From: Puccinia triticina
Taxonomy: Eukaryota
Reading direction: 5' to 3'
Length of the DNA stretch: 64,000 nt
NCBI GenBank assembly: GCA_026914245.1
Contig: CP110440.1
Span: 2,232,001-2,296,000, forward strand
A program made the position numbers and the translations under genes. This document shows positions 34,201-46,577 of the stretch, piece by piece. The notes beneath the pieces are model-generated. The model was given only the letters and a program-made list of their open reading frames with translations. It was not told the origin of the DNA and ran no database searches. How positions within the stretch are numbered: position 1 is the first letter of the stretch; each line of letters starts with the position of its first letter.

Positions 34201-34831
34201 ATCCGCCCACTTCCGAGGACTTTCATTTGGACGCACGAGGTAATCCAGCACTCTGTCGCTCTCTTTCGAAGCTCCTCGGTTGATGTGCTTCACCCTGATG
34301 TACCCGCGCCCTTCGCGCCCGGTTTTCTTTTGACCTTCAGGGGCATCATCGTCATAGGTGGACGCTTCAGAGCGATCTGGACCAATCCTAGAGATATCCG
34401 TTTTTGGACTGTTAAATACATATAGAATAGCTAGACATGAGTGACTCCAGCTTACCTGTCGTCCGTGAAGCACTCTTCCGGGAAAATTCCTCTGTGGTTT
34501 TCAAGGCCCGTCAGTGCCAAGAGATCATACCGCGGAAACGTTCGGTTTGTAAACCGGGCAACACCCTAGTGCATGGATTGGCGAAAGACATTCCGGCCTT
34601 ACCTGAGATAGGTTATGACACCGATGCCGGTTTGGATCAGTGTTTTGACGACATTGAGGCTTTGAGCAGAGGTCATCAGCTGGGTATCGGATGAGAGTTT
34701 TGCATTGACCGCGGCCTTGGACTTGGCGGGCTTGACCTTCTAAGAGGGGAAAAAGCCGTGGAGCGATCAGCCCTGGCCGCCGACCCAAGCGCGTGTGTGT
34801 GTGTGGACTGGCCTACCATTTGGGTGGACAT
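31205..34831 (-). CDS. HOP1: Meiotic HORMA-domain protein (Hop1/HORMAD) with PHD finger; multi-exon
   Basis: Spliced HORMA motifs QSLNVVKTLIQTGIGVITYLR|GIFPEECF, GAMDAIQRGYL..VIECYT|FNITY, RFLTFKLHYN and YEPPHF. PHD finger CEC..MIRCEICKRWRHLNCYGY..CYRC. Probable start MSTQM at 34831; exon limits approximate. Confidence 0.88.
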
Positions 34832-35664
34832 GTTGAGCTGGGCTTGCCAGTTCAATCGCGCTCCCGGGAGATGGAGAAGCGTGGTAGTACAGGGTAGTAC
34901 ACCTCTTTGCGGGGGGAATCTGCGAGGGGCGAGGGCAAGCTCGAAGTCTCTCGCTCTCTCGATGACCGACATGGCGCATACATCCTGATCCAGCCTGTCC
35001 TCAGTGCCCCCGGCTGGAGTGCCGATGGTCAACAAGAACGCTGACCAAGCCAGCCCGGCTGGCGCACTCATTACGTCATCGTCGCCGGACTCAGTCGCAC
35101 AGCACCAGACTGGCAGATAAGCCAGCCTGAAATCTCCGCAGAATCCGCGCTCGGATCCTATCCGTCGGACTGTCCCCACAGCCAATCCATGACGACTCTG
35201 TTTCGGGGTAAGCGCTGAATCAAAGCACCGTGGTGCAGGATGCCAGCCTCAGGATAGCCATCACGTAGCTTGGGACGGTTTGCCAAGGCAAGCCAGGCGT
35301 TGCTCTATGAGCGCCCCAATCAAATCAGACATCTGAAGCCCTGGAAGAGTCTGTCACCCGCATCTCTATAAGCGTGTGGTCGGTCGCACATAGCAGCTGT
35401 GCGTGTGTGTGGGCCAGGCCACGCCTATTGAGAGTGGATGCGCCCTTGTCGTGTCTCATGGCTAGAGCAAACAACAAGCATCTGTGTCTATTTACGGATA
35501 CCTACTGAGCAGACTAGGTAGGAAAGAAGGGTCTGCCGGAGTGGTGCACGTATCTTATGGTACATCGTCGTCGTTAGAAGAAGAAGGAAAAGAGCAGGAT
35601 GTATGGGGTTGGGTGACGACATGCTAGCAACGGTATAACAAAGGAGGGAAGAGAGGGGGGGAGG

Positions 35665-38112
35665 TCAGGACATTTCCAGCAGGGAGTCGATCGCTTTGCT
35701 GATGATCCCGCGATGGGTGATGAGCACGACTTCGAGCAACTCGGGCTCGAGCTGGGGGAAGATAGCCGCGAGCGTGTCGAGCTTAGCGGCGTGTTCGGCG
35801 CGTTTGAGGCTCTCGACCTTGTCGATGTCTGTCTGGACACCGGGGCGGGGGTCGGCCGGCGGGGGCGCGAGTTTCTCCTTTCCGTGTGCGGGGAGGACGG
35901 AGGAGGGGTGGGGGGGCAGGTCGGCGCTGCGCGCGCGGGGCGAGTCGGCGGACCGCGGTCTTCCGCCCCTCCGCCGACTGCCGCGCCGGGCCGGGTCTCC
36001 CGAGTCGATGGGCGAGGAGGGATGGACGTCGACGGACGAGCTGGCCCGGCGCAGCCCGTGCCGCTCGCCCGGCCCTGGCCCGCCCTCGTCCGGCTCCGAC
36101 GACGCCAGGTCGTCCACGATCCGCGCGATCGCATTCAGCGGCTTGCTCACCGCTTTCTCCGCCAGCTGCGGGACCGTCGTGAACAGCCACGTCCGCGTCA
36201 TGTCCGGCAACGACGTCGACCCCGCCATCCCCCCGCCCTCCGCTCTCGGCCCGGACACCGCGCTGCCCTCCTTCGTCGGCGAGACCAGACTGCCCAACGT
36301 CCCTGAGACTCGCGTCTCTTGCGTCGGCGACCGCGGCAGCTGCACAATCGCTTGCTCGACATTGTGCTCGAACTCTTCTTGCGTGATGTTCGATAACACC
36401 GAGTGCTCGAGTCGCTCGATAAACGACACTGCCGCATTCTGGTCCCGCAACCTGCCCTGTCAGCTGGCCTCCCTCTCTGGACTCCTTGGGTAGGATATCT
36501 GGCAGACTCACCAGGCTCGACATGTAGTATCCGTTCTCGCCTTGCATCTTGTCCGGATTCCGGAACCTTTGTATGTATCTACCACACAACGGGGAAAGGG
36601 CTCAGGTTTCGGAGAGAAAAGGGAAGAAAAGAAAAAGAGGAGGAGGAAGGTGAGGTACTGGAGGTTCGAGATGAGCGTTTTCGGCTGAGCGCGGAGGACG
36701 ACCAGGATCAAGATGGGGATGAAGGTGTCTGCGCCGCCTTCAGAGTTGTCCACATGACGAATCAATCCTGAGGACCGCATACACGCACACGGAAGATGAG
36801 TTTGTAAAAGGGTGTATTGGAGGGTTTAGGAGAGAGAGAAGAGAGAGGAAGACACCCACACACCAAAGATGACTTTACAGCAGTTCAAGATACAGATCAT
36901 CTTATCACGCGGGGCCTTGTAGGAGTTGATCTTGAGCAGCTCGGTCTTGGCGAACTCGAGGAAGCCGTCGGCCTCGTCGGGGGGCAGACTGAGGTCGAGA
37001 TGGCGGTCGGTCAGCCAGCTGAACAGGTTCATTTTCTGCGACAGCACCGTGTCCCGCTCGAGGTCGTCAGTTTGGAAGGGCTGTGTGTTCGTCAAGGCCG
37101 GCGTGAAGGTCCTGTTGGGATGGTTTGCCCCGTTGTTTCAACGGTGCTGTAGATCGGGGTCGGGCTCTATCCTGGACGACGGGAGCGGGCTTACTCACAG
37201 ATGCCAGACCCGGTTCATCACTAGCTTCTCCATCGCCTCCACCGCATTGTCGAACTCGGCTTCGTTGCATGTGCGTGGATCCCAAGGTCCATCGGGGATC
37301 TCGCGCATCTTGAGGCTGATGAACTGGAGAGCACAAGGGGAGAGATAAGTGTAAATGTGTGTGTGTGTGTGTGTGTGCGCCGGTTAGAGGTGAGAGGGGC
37401 GCACATCGAGGAAGTCGTTGACGACCTTGACCTGCTCGGCGACGCCGGTGGTCTTGGAGGGATGGGTGGCGCGTTTGGTGAATTCTTTGAGGAACGAGCG
37501 CAGGTATTTGGCGATGGGTTCGGCGTGGGGCCAGCGCATGTGTTCGAGGAAGAGGTTGAAGTCGAAGGGGACAGCAGGCGGGGAGTCGTCGTGGGAGGGG
37601 CTTTCGACGACCAGTCTGGGCGGGACCGAGGGCGTGGGGTCGGGGTCGGCATCGCGGGCGGAGAGCTCGTGGACGGACTTGCTGTCGGAGGGCGACTGCT
37701 GCTGGTGCAGATGGTGGTGGGGGGACGGGTGGATGGGGGCGCTGGGCGAGGGCGAGGGGCTGGTGGTGAGGGTGAGCGGGCGCTTGAGGGCCGAGGCCAG
37801 CGAAGAGAGCGAGAAGGAGCCCGAGCCGGTTGAGGAGTGGGTCTGGCGCAGGTCGCTCGAGAGTACTGCCGGCCCGGAGAGGGGCAGTGCGGCGGGTGTG
37901 GTGAGTCTGGTGAGCAGTGAGTCGGGGCCTGCCGGGCGGTCGGTTGAGATCGAGTTCCGGCGGAAGAGCGACCAGGAGGATGCGCGGGTCCTGGTAGTGC
38001 TTATCTGGAGTTCTTCTTGTTTGTGTTCTTGTTCTTGTTGTTGTTCTTGTTGTTCTTGTTGTTGTTCTTGTTGTTGTTCTTGTTGTTCGTGGTTCGTTGG
38101 TGGTGTGGACAT
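35665..38112 (-). CDS. VPS9: VPS9-domain Rab5/Vps21 GEF with C-terminal CUE domain; multi-exon
   Basis: FDFNLFLEHMR, ELLKINSYKAPRDKMICILNCCKVIF, GADTFIPILILVVLRAQP, QGENGYYMSSL. CUE: LAAIFPQLEPELLEVVL..AIDSLLEMS. Confidence 0.92.
38010..38090 (-). repeat. CAA/GAA microsatellite encoding a Q/E tract in the VPS9 N-terminus
   Basis: (TTGTTC/TTGTTG)n on the plus strand translates as EQQEQQQEQQQEQQEQQQEQE. Confidence 0.85.
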
Positions 38113-38599
38113 GGTTCGTAGGTGGTTGCTCGGTGGGCTGCAGTGCTTTCCTTCGGAGGAACATCCACTGACTCCGGCTAAAATACTTTTAGGCTCATCT
38201 CCCCTCCATTTTAACAATCACAGAAACAAAAACAGAAACAAAAACCACAAGCGAAAACAGCTAAAGTTCAGAAGCATCACTGGCACTCCTGAAATCCCAA
38301 GATGTGGTCGCAAAGTTGGCCCACAGTGGCCCGTCTGGCTGGCCGGTAATTTCCATCGTCACATCAATCCAGACACAAAAAGCGTGAGTTTGGGCTCGAC
38401 ACTCCACACCGGATCTGCATATCCTCATGAGATCACGACAGGAAGTCGTCCAATCTTAAGCTCTACGCTTTCTTCACCACAAGTATAATTTTTTATGGTT
38501 TCTTACAAATTTCTGACGGGCTTTAACTTTGCCTTCTATGCTGAATCTTTTGTGTACTATTTCATTATTTATATACACATTTTTTTTTCTTTCTTTATG

Positions 38600-39427
38600 T
38601 TAATTATGTGCAGATTTTTCGTTTGATGTTTTCTGGTTTTGTATCTGGACTTCTAGAATGGAAGAGCAATAAACTTGAGATTCCCTTGCGCTGTGGGCGC
38701 AGTACTTGCCAAAGATCGGGTCTTCCATGCACTCAACAAGGCTTGCAGTGACAAAATCAAGAACGTAAAAAATTAAAGAAGCCACGTCGGTGTTTTGGAC
38801 CAACGGATAAGTAAGGGGATAGTTGCTCAAGTATCACTTTAAGTTGTTGTTTAAATTCCAGTATCAAGTACCTCTGATCCCACTTGTCAACTCCAAGGTC
38901 ATAGTTATTGAGGTGATACTTGGCATAGGGGGAACTTCCTCCATTGACCATTTTTATCCCTCTAGGCATGTTTAACATCAAGGTTTGCTCATCCCATTCC
39001 TTGGATGGTGGCCGATATAGTTGTAAACGGGCCCTTTCTTGGTGGAAAGCAGTTAATCGAAGTGCTGTGTCAACTTTTGGGTACAAGTTGGAGATCAATT
39101 GCTTCTGATTCCATTCCTGAGAGGGTTGCTGCGTTTTGGGGGCATGTTTCTCGATCTGTTGGTGATACTTCTCTGGGTGGTAGTGCTCTCCAAGGGCTCG
39201 GTCAAGTTTTGCATGCAGCTTTATCAGTAAATCCCTCTGCTCCCACTCCTCAACTGCAACGAGTTGTTGGTAGAATTTTTGGATTTGAGCAGAAGGAACG
39301 ATCCATTCTGGATTGCCCTCCCTCTGAATCATTTCCTCAATCTCCTTGGCAAAGCAATTGTTAAAGGTGTGTTTGAAGTATGCACAAAATTTGTTTTTCT
39401 GTAGATCTATCCGCCATCTATAGGATT
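38600..39427 (-). pseudogene. 5'-truncated hypothetical protein with four W-x-(Q/E) repeats
   Basis: The frame of ORF 38757-39332 stays open upstream up to the TE junction at 39427. A possible frameshifted tail extends to 38600. Confidence 0.5.
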
Positions 39428-40114
39428 AGGACCCAGGAAAGCCCCTATGGAACACAGTAACCAAAATGTATGATTTTTTTGTCAAAAACCAAAAAACCTA
39501 CACACCCCAGATGTATGAATGGTCATTTTGGCCGGTAAAGGTACTCACCTCAATTGTATGAATTTTTTCTGAGGGCAAGGGGGGTAGTAACCAGAAATGT
39601 ATGAGAATCAGGGGCTCAAGCTAAGGTTGAAAGCCTTGTCTGTAATGATTTTTCAGTCTGAATCAAGTATACAGTTCTAGGCTGGAGGGGTGCCACACTC
39701 ACCTACCCTCCGGCTGCGGCTCCAGTACCACCGCCACAAGTATATACAAAGTATATCAATCCACCTCCCCCTGCGCCACCCAATCCATCCACAGGTTGCA
39801 TCCCACTTTCTGTCCTTCTTATTAACCCTGCCCAAGTGACCCCATTCCCCCCCCCCCCCCCCCCCTCAACAGTTACAGCAGTCTGGTTCCTAGTTTTTCT
39901 TCTTTTATTTCCCCCCCTCTCCACCCCCCCCCCCCCCTTGGCAGCAGCATCAATGCTGCCCCAAAAAAACGTAGGCACAAAATTTGTATGAATTTTTAGA
40001 CCAAGCTCTGAACCTACACACAAAACCTGTATGAATGAGCCCCAAGAATGTATGAATTTTTCAAAAATATGGGAATTTAGGTTACTGTGTTCCATAGGGG
40101 CTTTCCTGGGTCCT
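39428..40114. mobile_element. MITE with perfect 35-bp TIRs and 8-bp TSD (hAT-like)
   Basis: TIR AGGACCCAGGAAAGCCCCTATGGAACACAGTAACC; TSD ATAGGATT at 39420-39427 and 40115-40122. Confidence 0.9.
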
Positions 40115-40117
40115 ATA

Positions 40118-41686
40118 GGATTTTGTCGCGCTGACGAAATCCAAACTCAAATTCAAACTCGCGCCCCGGGTGTGTCGTCACCTGTTGTGGATTTTGTCAC
40201 CTGCCATTCTCAGTGGCAGGTGCAAGAGAGCACGACTCCCTCGATGGCCGGTGCTAACTGGTCATCAAGGGGACACACACACCTAGCTCCCTTGATAGCC
40301 TGTCTGTACCGGCCATCAAGAGGAACACCCTACACCCTCTCGATGGCCGGTCAATACCGGCCAGCAAGAGTAAAGCACTATTTATACTCTCAATGGCCGC
40401 TACTGACCGGCCATCAAGAGGTGATACACATACCCCTCGATGGCCTGTCAGTACACCGGCCATTGAGACAAAAACACTAAACTCTTGAAAGCCCGTACTG
40501 GCCGGTCATCAAGAGCAAAACTTCCTTGGTGATGTGTATACACATCACCCTTGATGGCCCGTCAGTACCGGCCATTGAGAGAAACATAATACACTCTTGA
40601 TGGCCTGGACTGATCGGCCATCGAGAGGACATGCACATCTTGCACAGCAACCCAACTGGTCATTGAGAGCAAAGCGCTTCACTCTTGATGGCCAGTCAGC
40701 GCAGGCCATCGAGAGTGTAGTATATTCCTCTTGATGGCCGGTACTGACGGGCCATCAAGTGGGGTGTGTATTTCCTCTTGATGGCCAATCAGTCCAGGCC
40801 ATCAAGAGTGTATTATGTTCCTCTCGATGGCCGGTACTGACGGGCCATCGAGGGTGATGTGTATACACATCACCAAGAGAGTTTTGCTCTCAATGACCGG
40901 CCAGTACAGGCTTTCAAGAGTTTATGCCCTGTTTGGCACCAATATAATTATAGGTGATATAATTGCTGATTAATTCAATAAAAAATAGAAAATTCAACAA
41001 AAAGCCTCCAAATTTTTTTTGTAGGCAACCTGCAGTGCTGGTTTCTTCAACTTTGAAATCAGATTCAACTGATTCAGCCATCTTCAGTACCATAATACCA
41101 TTATATCACTTTTGACCAGTATGAAGTGATATAATGGTATTATGGTGCTGAAGATGGCTGGATAAGTTGATTCTGGGTTCACAGTTGAAGAGACCAGCAC
41201 TGTAGGTTGCCTACAAAAAGAATTTGGAGGCTTTATGTTGAATTTTGTATTTTTTATTGAATTAATCAGTGATTATATCACCTATAATTATATTGGTGCC
41301 AAACGGGGCCTTAGTGTTTTTGTCTCAATGGCCGGTGTACTGACAGGCCATTGAGGGGTATGTGTATCACCTCTTGATGGCCAGTCAGTAGCGGCCATCA
41401 AGAGTGCAAACAGTGCCTTACTCTCGCTGGCCGGTACTGACCGGCCAACAAGATAATGTTGTGTGTTCCTCTTGATGGCCGGTCCAGATGGGCCATCAAG
41501 GGAGGTGCGTGTGTCCCCTCAATGACCGGTCAGCACCGGCCATCAAGGGAGTCGTGCTTTTGTCTTGCACCTGCCACTGAGAATGGCAGGTGACGAAATC
41601 CACAACAGGTGACGACACACCCGGGGCGCGGATTTGAATTGGAATCTGGATTACGTCAGTGTGACAAAATCCGGATTACGTCACCT
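40118..41686. mobile_element. Foldback element with ~500-bp arms made of ~40-bp palindromic units
   Basis: GGATTTTGTC..CCCCGGGTGTGTCGTCACCTGTTGTGGAT on the left mirrors 41560-41672. Units CTCTTGATGGCC..GGCCATCAAGAG. Centre at about 40630-40775. Confidence 0.85.
40925..41310. mobile_element. PIF/Harbinger-type MITE, palindromic over nearly its whole length
   Basis: TIR (G/T)GCCC(C/T)GTTTGGCACCAATATAATTATAGGTG; TSD TTA. The empty site matches the opposite foldback arm. Confidence 0.9.
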
Positions 41687-41689
41687 GTT

Positions 41690-42497
41690 TGCTGGCAGTG
41701 TAATGGTTAAAGACTGCTTTACTGATTGACTCATGTACATAAAGTCAAGAGTTTAATTCCCTGTCTTTACATTAATTATGTACCTTTTATTCCAATGTAC
41801 TATTATTATGTATTTATTACATATTTCACACTCTTTTGAGTATGTAATTAAACTTATTTCACATTGATTACATATGTGTTTATACAGAGAGAGATAATCT
41901 TATCTCTCTATGTATTTGTCCTGTTTAAGCCTAATATATGTACAAATAGGGTGATTACATACACATTTATGTAAATCCCATCTGAATTCCGTGATCACTC
42001 CTCTCCTTGGAGTTAAGGATCCCTCAGGTCCTTAACTCAAAGGAGGGAGCTGATCCCTGTAATATAAAAGGGGAGGTCTCTCACCTGTAGAGATTCCTCC
42101 CCCAAGATTATTACACATGAAAAACCCGCCAACCTTACTACAATCAATAGTGAGTGGGGTTTACAATAATCAAACTAACCGTATTCCTCTCTTACAGCCT
42201 TCCTTGACTTCATCTTGTGTATTTTCTAGTTACAGGAGATTGTTATCACTCCTGTAACTTAGAAAATAACCTTTCTTTGTTCTAAAGCTACGGCGCCGGC
42301 TCGAGTCATCGCCGCGTCCCCTTACTTTTGTAAGGGAGCTAGCCCCTCCGCTACTCAGCGTCGAGGCGTGGTTTCCTTCCCATTGGCCTGAAAAGGTTAT
42401 AGTGTGGCATTCTTCCGCTGGCCGCTATATTAGCCGCTACAGCTTGGATCATAAACCCTATCAACTCCGAGTCACATAAGAGACCAGAGCTGACACA
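41690..42497 (+). mobile_element. Possible solo LTR remnant
   Basis: AT-rich U3-like block, TATAAAAGGG at ~42063 and a ...GACACA end. No TSD found. Confidence 0.4.
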
Positions 42498-43064
42498 AGG
42501 GGTACATGTATACCCGCTTGGTAGCCTGTAGCGCCTTAAAGCGCATCACAGCTTTAGAGTGCTTGTGCTATTTTAGAAAAAAAGCGCATGTAGCGCACTC
42601 ATAGAGGCAAAAAGCGTTTCAAGCTGCGCTGCGCTATTTTAGCGCAAAAGTGCAGCGTTTTTGGATGCGCTTGCGCTATTCCCCCTTGGGGAAAAGCGTT
42701 GGGGAAAAGCGCATGTGCCCTATATTTAGCTTTAGCGCAGTGGGTTACCCGCTGCGCTAAAGCTTTTTGGGTCAGTCGCGTAGCGGGTGCCCGCTGCGCT
42801 GCGCCATAGTGGGCGCTTTTTGTAGCGCAGCGTAGCCTTTCACCGTTGCTGTGAGTCCAATCCAGTCAAAATTCTGTTCAGTTTGAGGATTTTTTTCCCT
42901 TTTGGCTGATGATACATGATTGTTGGGCTGCAAATTTATTTAGTCTAAGACACCAATATTCAAAGTCTCTTTGACCTTAAACTTAGGATTTACTTGCATA
43001 TACAAGCACTGCCTAGCAGTTTGTTTTGCATTTAGGGGCTTGTAAAATTTTTGGCAATAATATT

Positions 43065-43213
43065 GCAGAAGAATTCCCACGCTGGGATGAGATATAGTGG
43101 CAGAAACACCAAGAAACTACCAAAGTAGTGATATTTGTGAACTGATCAGACTGTAGCTGCTACATTTGGGGGTTTTGTGGTCAGTAAAGGTACATAATGA
43201 AACTTTGGGGGCT
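43065..43213 (-). repeat. Isolated monomer of the 173-bp satellite
   Basis: GAGATATAGTGGCAGAAACACCAAGAAACTACCAAAGTAGTGATATTTG..GCTGCTACATTTGGGGGTTTTGTGGTCA. Confidence 0.9.
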
Positions 43214-44007
43214 TGTTGTAGAGGAAGCAGTCTGGATCTCCAGCCTCTTCAACTATGAGTGGGTAGTTGGATAGTCTGTAACATGTACATAAGATACATA
43301 GGGGAACCCCTGCTACCAATGGTGGGCCGCTACGCTAAACTACACTACAGGGCCACTTAGCGTTAGCGTAGCAGCGTTGATAGCGCAGTCAGGCGAGTTT
43401 GCCGTTTAATTTGGCTCAACCGGTGTGGAGTGCCCTCCGCATTGCTAAATTTGGCTCTCAGCAAGCGGTAATTTAGCTTAGCTTTTAGCTGAACCAATGC
43501 GGATGCTCTAAACCTCCAAGAATGGCGCAAACTACCAATGTTAGTCAATTTCGTGATTCAGGTTTTCTTACCTTTTGGTGATTGGCATTTTTCAGTATTC
43601 AGTTTGCCTCCCGGAATGGCAGGCGGTCTTCTTTGAGGAGACTTTTCAGCGACCAAAGTTACACTCCAAACCAATGTGGTGAACCCCTCAACAGAAAAAT
43701 AGGCTTGCCATTTTATTCCAATCAACAAACCTTGCACCACTCCACAGGACAGTTCAATCTGGATACCCAATGCGGCCAGCTTTCAATACAGTGCCCAAAA
43801 CCCTGTTCAGATACTTGCTGAGGCGACTCTTTTACGGCAGCGGAGCAGGGGCTACCAGTGTTTTACTGGTTACTTATTGGTAAAGTTCTTGTCTCTTATT
43901 GTGACACAGCATCACTCCTCACTTCTAGGGACTCGGACTCCTTCTTGGGGAGCTTTTTTGAATTGGTCAGGGTTGTTGCAACGGGGTGCCAGTATTGGTT
44001 TGACTAA

Positions 44008-44808
44008 GGCCTCAATTATAAACCAATTTTTGAGTTTTATTTTGAAAGTATTCAAAAAGAATTTCAAAACAAAAATGAAATCAAGATGAAAGATTTTTGA
44101 TTTTGAAATTCTCTCGGAAAAGCTTCAAACAGCAGGGTGCACATATAAACATTTGTGCATCCCTGAGCAAGTAGCCTGCTGGATTGGTCAGGCAGGGGCA
44201 AGATGTCTGTGACACAAGCAAGCTGGATAGAATACAGCTTGCCTGTTCAGCCTTGGCTGAATGGTGTGACATTTCCCACGCGGCCGCCTCCATGGACATT
44301 TGGATCATCAGCTCCAAGATCAAAGCCAAGCGTTTCTTCCCGTGCCTCCGCCGCCAAGGTCAGGATCATATTGCCCCTAGTGGTCCCGGGTTTTCTGGGG
44401 AATTTGGTTTTCCTGCAGGTGTTTGTAACAGTGGGCCATTGGGATTTTTGTAGTGAATGCAATCCAATCGTGGAACGTTGAGGCAATTGGGTATATCGGC
44501 ACTGCAGCAGTAATTTTTTTCATGTGCCAGCCAACCCCCGTGCGGCAAACTCCGCCAACCCAACACAGCCATTATATGGAGGGGGGGGGGGGGGGCTGAG
44601 GCACCAGTTGCCTAGCAACCATACAGGCATACTGCCTGTTCAAAATTTTGATTTCAGAAATTTGGCTTTCTGAAATCTCAAACACCCCTCCCGGGTGTGT
44701 TCAAAGAGTTTTGAGATTGTTTTGAAATGAAAAGAAGTCAAAACAAAGTTGGTCTTGATTTCAAAACAATCTCAAAATAATCTCAAAATAGCGTTTATAA
44801 TTGGGGAC
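44008..44808. mobile_element. Non-autonomous PIF/Harbinger-type element
   Basis: TIRs GGCCTCAATTATAAAC / GTTTATAATTGGGGAC with TAA on both sides and TTTTGA subterminal repeats. Confidence 0.75.
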
Positions 44809-46131
44809 TAACCCTCCACCTGGCTGCAGTTGGTTGCGAATCACTAAGGGGTGGAATACCTCGCCGCTGAGTCTGAATGTTCCATCAGATATTTCACGCT
44901 GTCAAAACAAGATAATCTGACCTAGGTCCAGTTAGGGAAACCTACCTCAAGCTCCCTCAATGTTGACTTCTGACGCCGCCGTTCTATGGAAAACTGCAAG
45001 TTTTCTACTTTGTTGGGGCGTAATGATGTTCGCTGGCGCTCTCAGTAAAACCAGAGTGGATTATTTATTCAGATGGTAGGTCTCAGAGCTCATCTTGCTC
45101 ATAAAAAGTCACAGAAACACCTCAGCTTGTTTTTTGATGTCTTGTATTGCACTTGATGTCAAGAATGCAAGTGGTGTCAAAGGTCAAGTGCCTGAGAACA
45201 CGGAGCGTGATATGATGTTGGCAATTCATAAAACCTTTGGCAAAGTGATACATACCTGGTGTGTTTACATCCACACAAGCTCTCAATTCTTTCTTTGGTG
45301 TAAATGCTGATCAAGGGCTCCATTTTGGGCACAGGAACATTGACCAAAATCCTGATTTGCCCCTTGGCCCCCCCAAGTTTGATGATGTCTTACACCAAGC
45401 CGTGAGCTAGAATCTCTCGTCTTGCATATGCAATGATGCATGCATAGTTTGATGCATTCCTATTAATTTCGTCTTACAGAGACATGGTGGATTGGGATCA
45501 AGTCAAGGGAAGAGACCGGGAGCAGAACGTGAACACTCAAGAGTGCAGTAAAATTGTTTGTGGCTTTTTTCATTGTCACTTTGCATTTCAACTTTTCCGT
45601 CCTTCTAACCGCTTGCAGTGCTTGGCCCAAGTGACTAATTGAATTTTTTTTTGCCGGACTCGGTTTGACAGAGGTCAACCTACTTGGACATGGATTACCG
45701 CAAGAACAAGGATGCAGATCAATGGATGCGTGGCGGCAAGCCAGTCCAATTCAAGCTGATTGAATCCAGTCTGTTGCAAACCAGGAGTAATGGTAAACAG
45801 GGGTCTAATGGTCATTGCAATGGTAGCTATGCATGCGGCAAGTAATTGGTTGCTCTTTCACCAGTTTCTCCTGAAGGCTATAATCTCTGCTCCCAAGTCT
45901 TAGCTTTCCATATCCCGTATGAGAGGAAATTGTTCATGATCTGTCCTTAGTCTTCTCCTCGAAGGTATAATCCATGTTGAGAGATAATGAGATTTGCAAA
46001 GCTGTAGGCCAAGAGAGATTGGTTACGGACTGCGCCTAAGTCTGAAGGAAGCTCAAAACTCCTCTAAGTTTTGGGCATATGAAAATGGTTTCCTCCCTTA
46101 AGCAATGATTGTTATTCCCAAGTCTAATCTC

Positions 46132-46577
46132 TGTAAGGTGTCTAAGCCCAACGTGAGGCACCTTAGTCTTGACAAAGCTCTGCACAACTGAGTTTTGGGC
46201 AGTCTGCATTGAACTTGCCTTTGGGACTTTCTCCAGTGACCCTGTGGGTACGGCGGTGCAGCCGCCTTATACTCTAGTTAACCCTAAACCCCCAACTGAC
46301 TTGAATACATAACCTCGCCTCCCAGCTTCCCTAGTCCTGCAGAGAGAATCACTCTCTCCTGGCTAGGTAAGTTGCTCTCAATCACTTTAGTTCCTTTCTC
46401 CTCTTTTCTATCCAATTTTTGTTTAGTTATCCTAGCAAGAGAGAATCACTCTCTCCTGGATAGCTTCTGAAATACATCCCCCCAGAGTTTGGACCTAGAA
46501 AGGTTTTTGCACTCTGCCTTGCCCCTTCCTGCCCAAATTCAAGAAATACTCCAGTGCAGGTCCACATGACCCTAACA
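46132..46577 (+). mobile_element. Probable solo LTR
   Basis: TGTAAGG...CCTAACA ends. Shares TCTCTCC..GCTAGGTAAG with the reverse complement of ~55030-55050. TSD not matched. Confidence 0.5.

Noticed and set aside
35696..38488. Long plus-strand ORFs (265 and 356 aa)
   Set aside because: Antisense shadows of the GC-rich VPS9 exons.
42510..43400. TAGCGC/GCGCTA-rich patches (also at 9990-10240)
   Set aside because: Probably TE subterminal remnants, but no ends or TSD could be defined.
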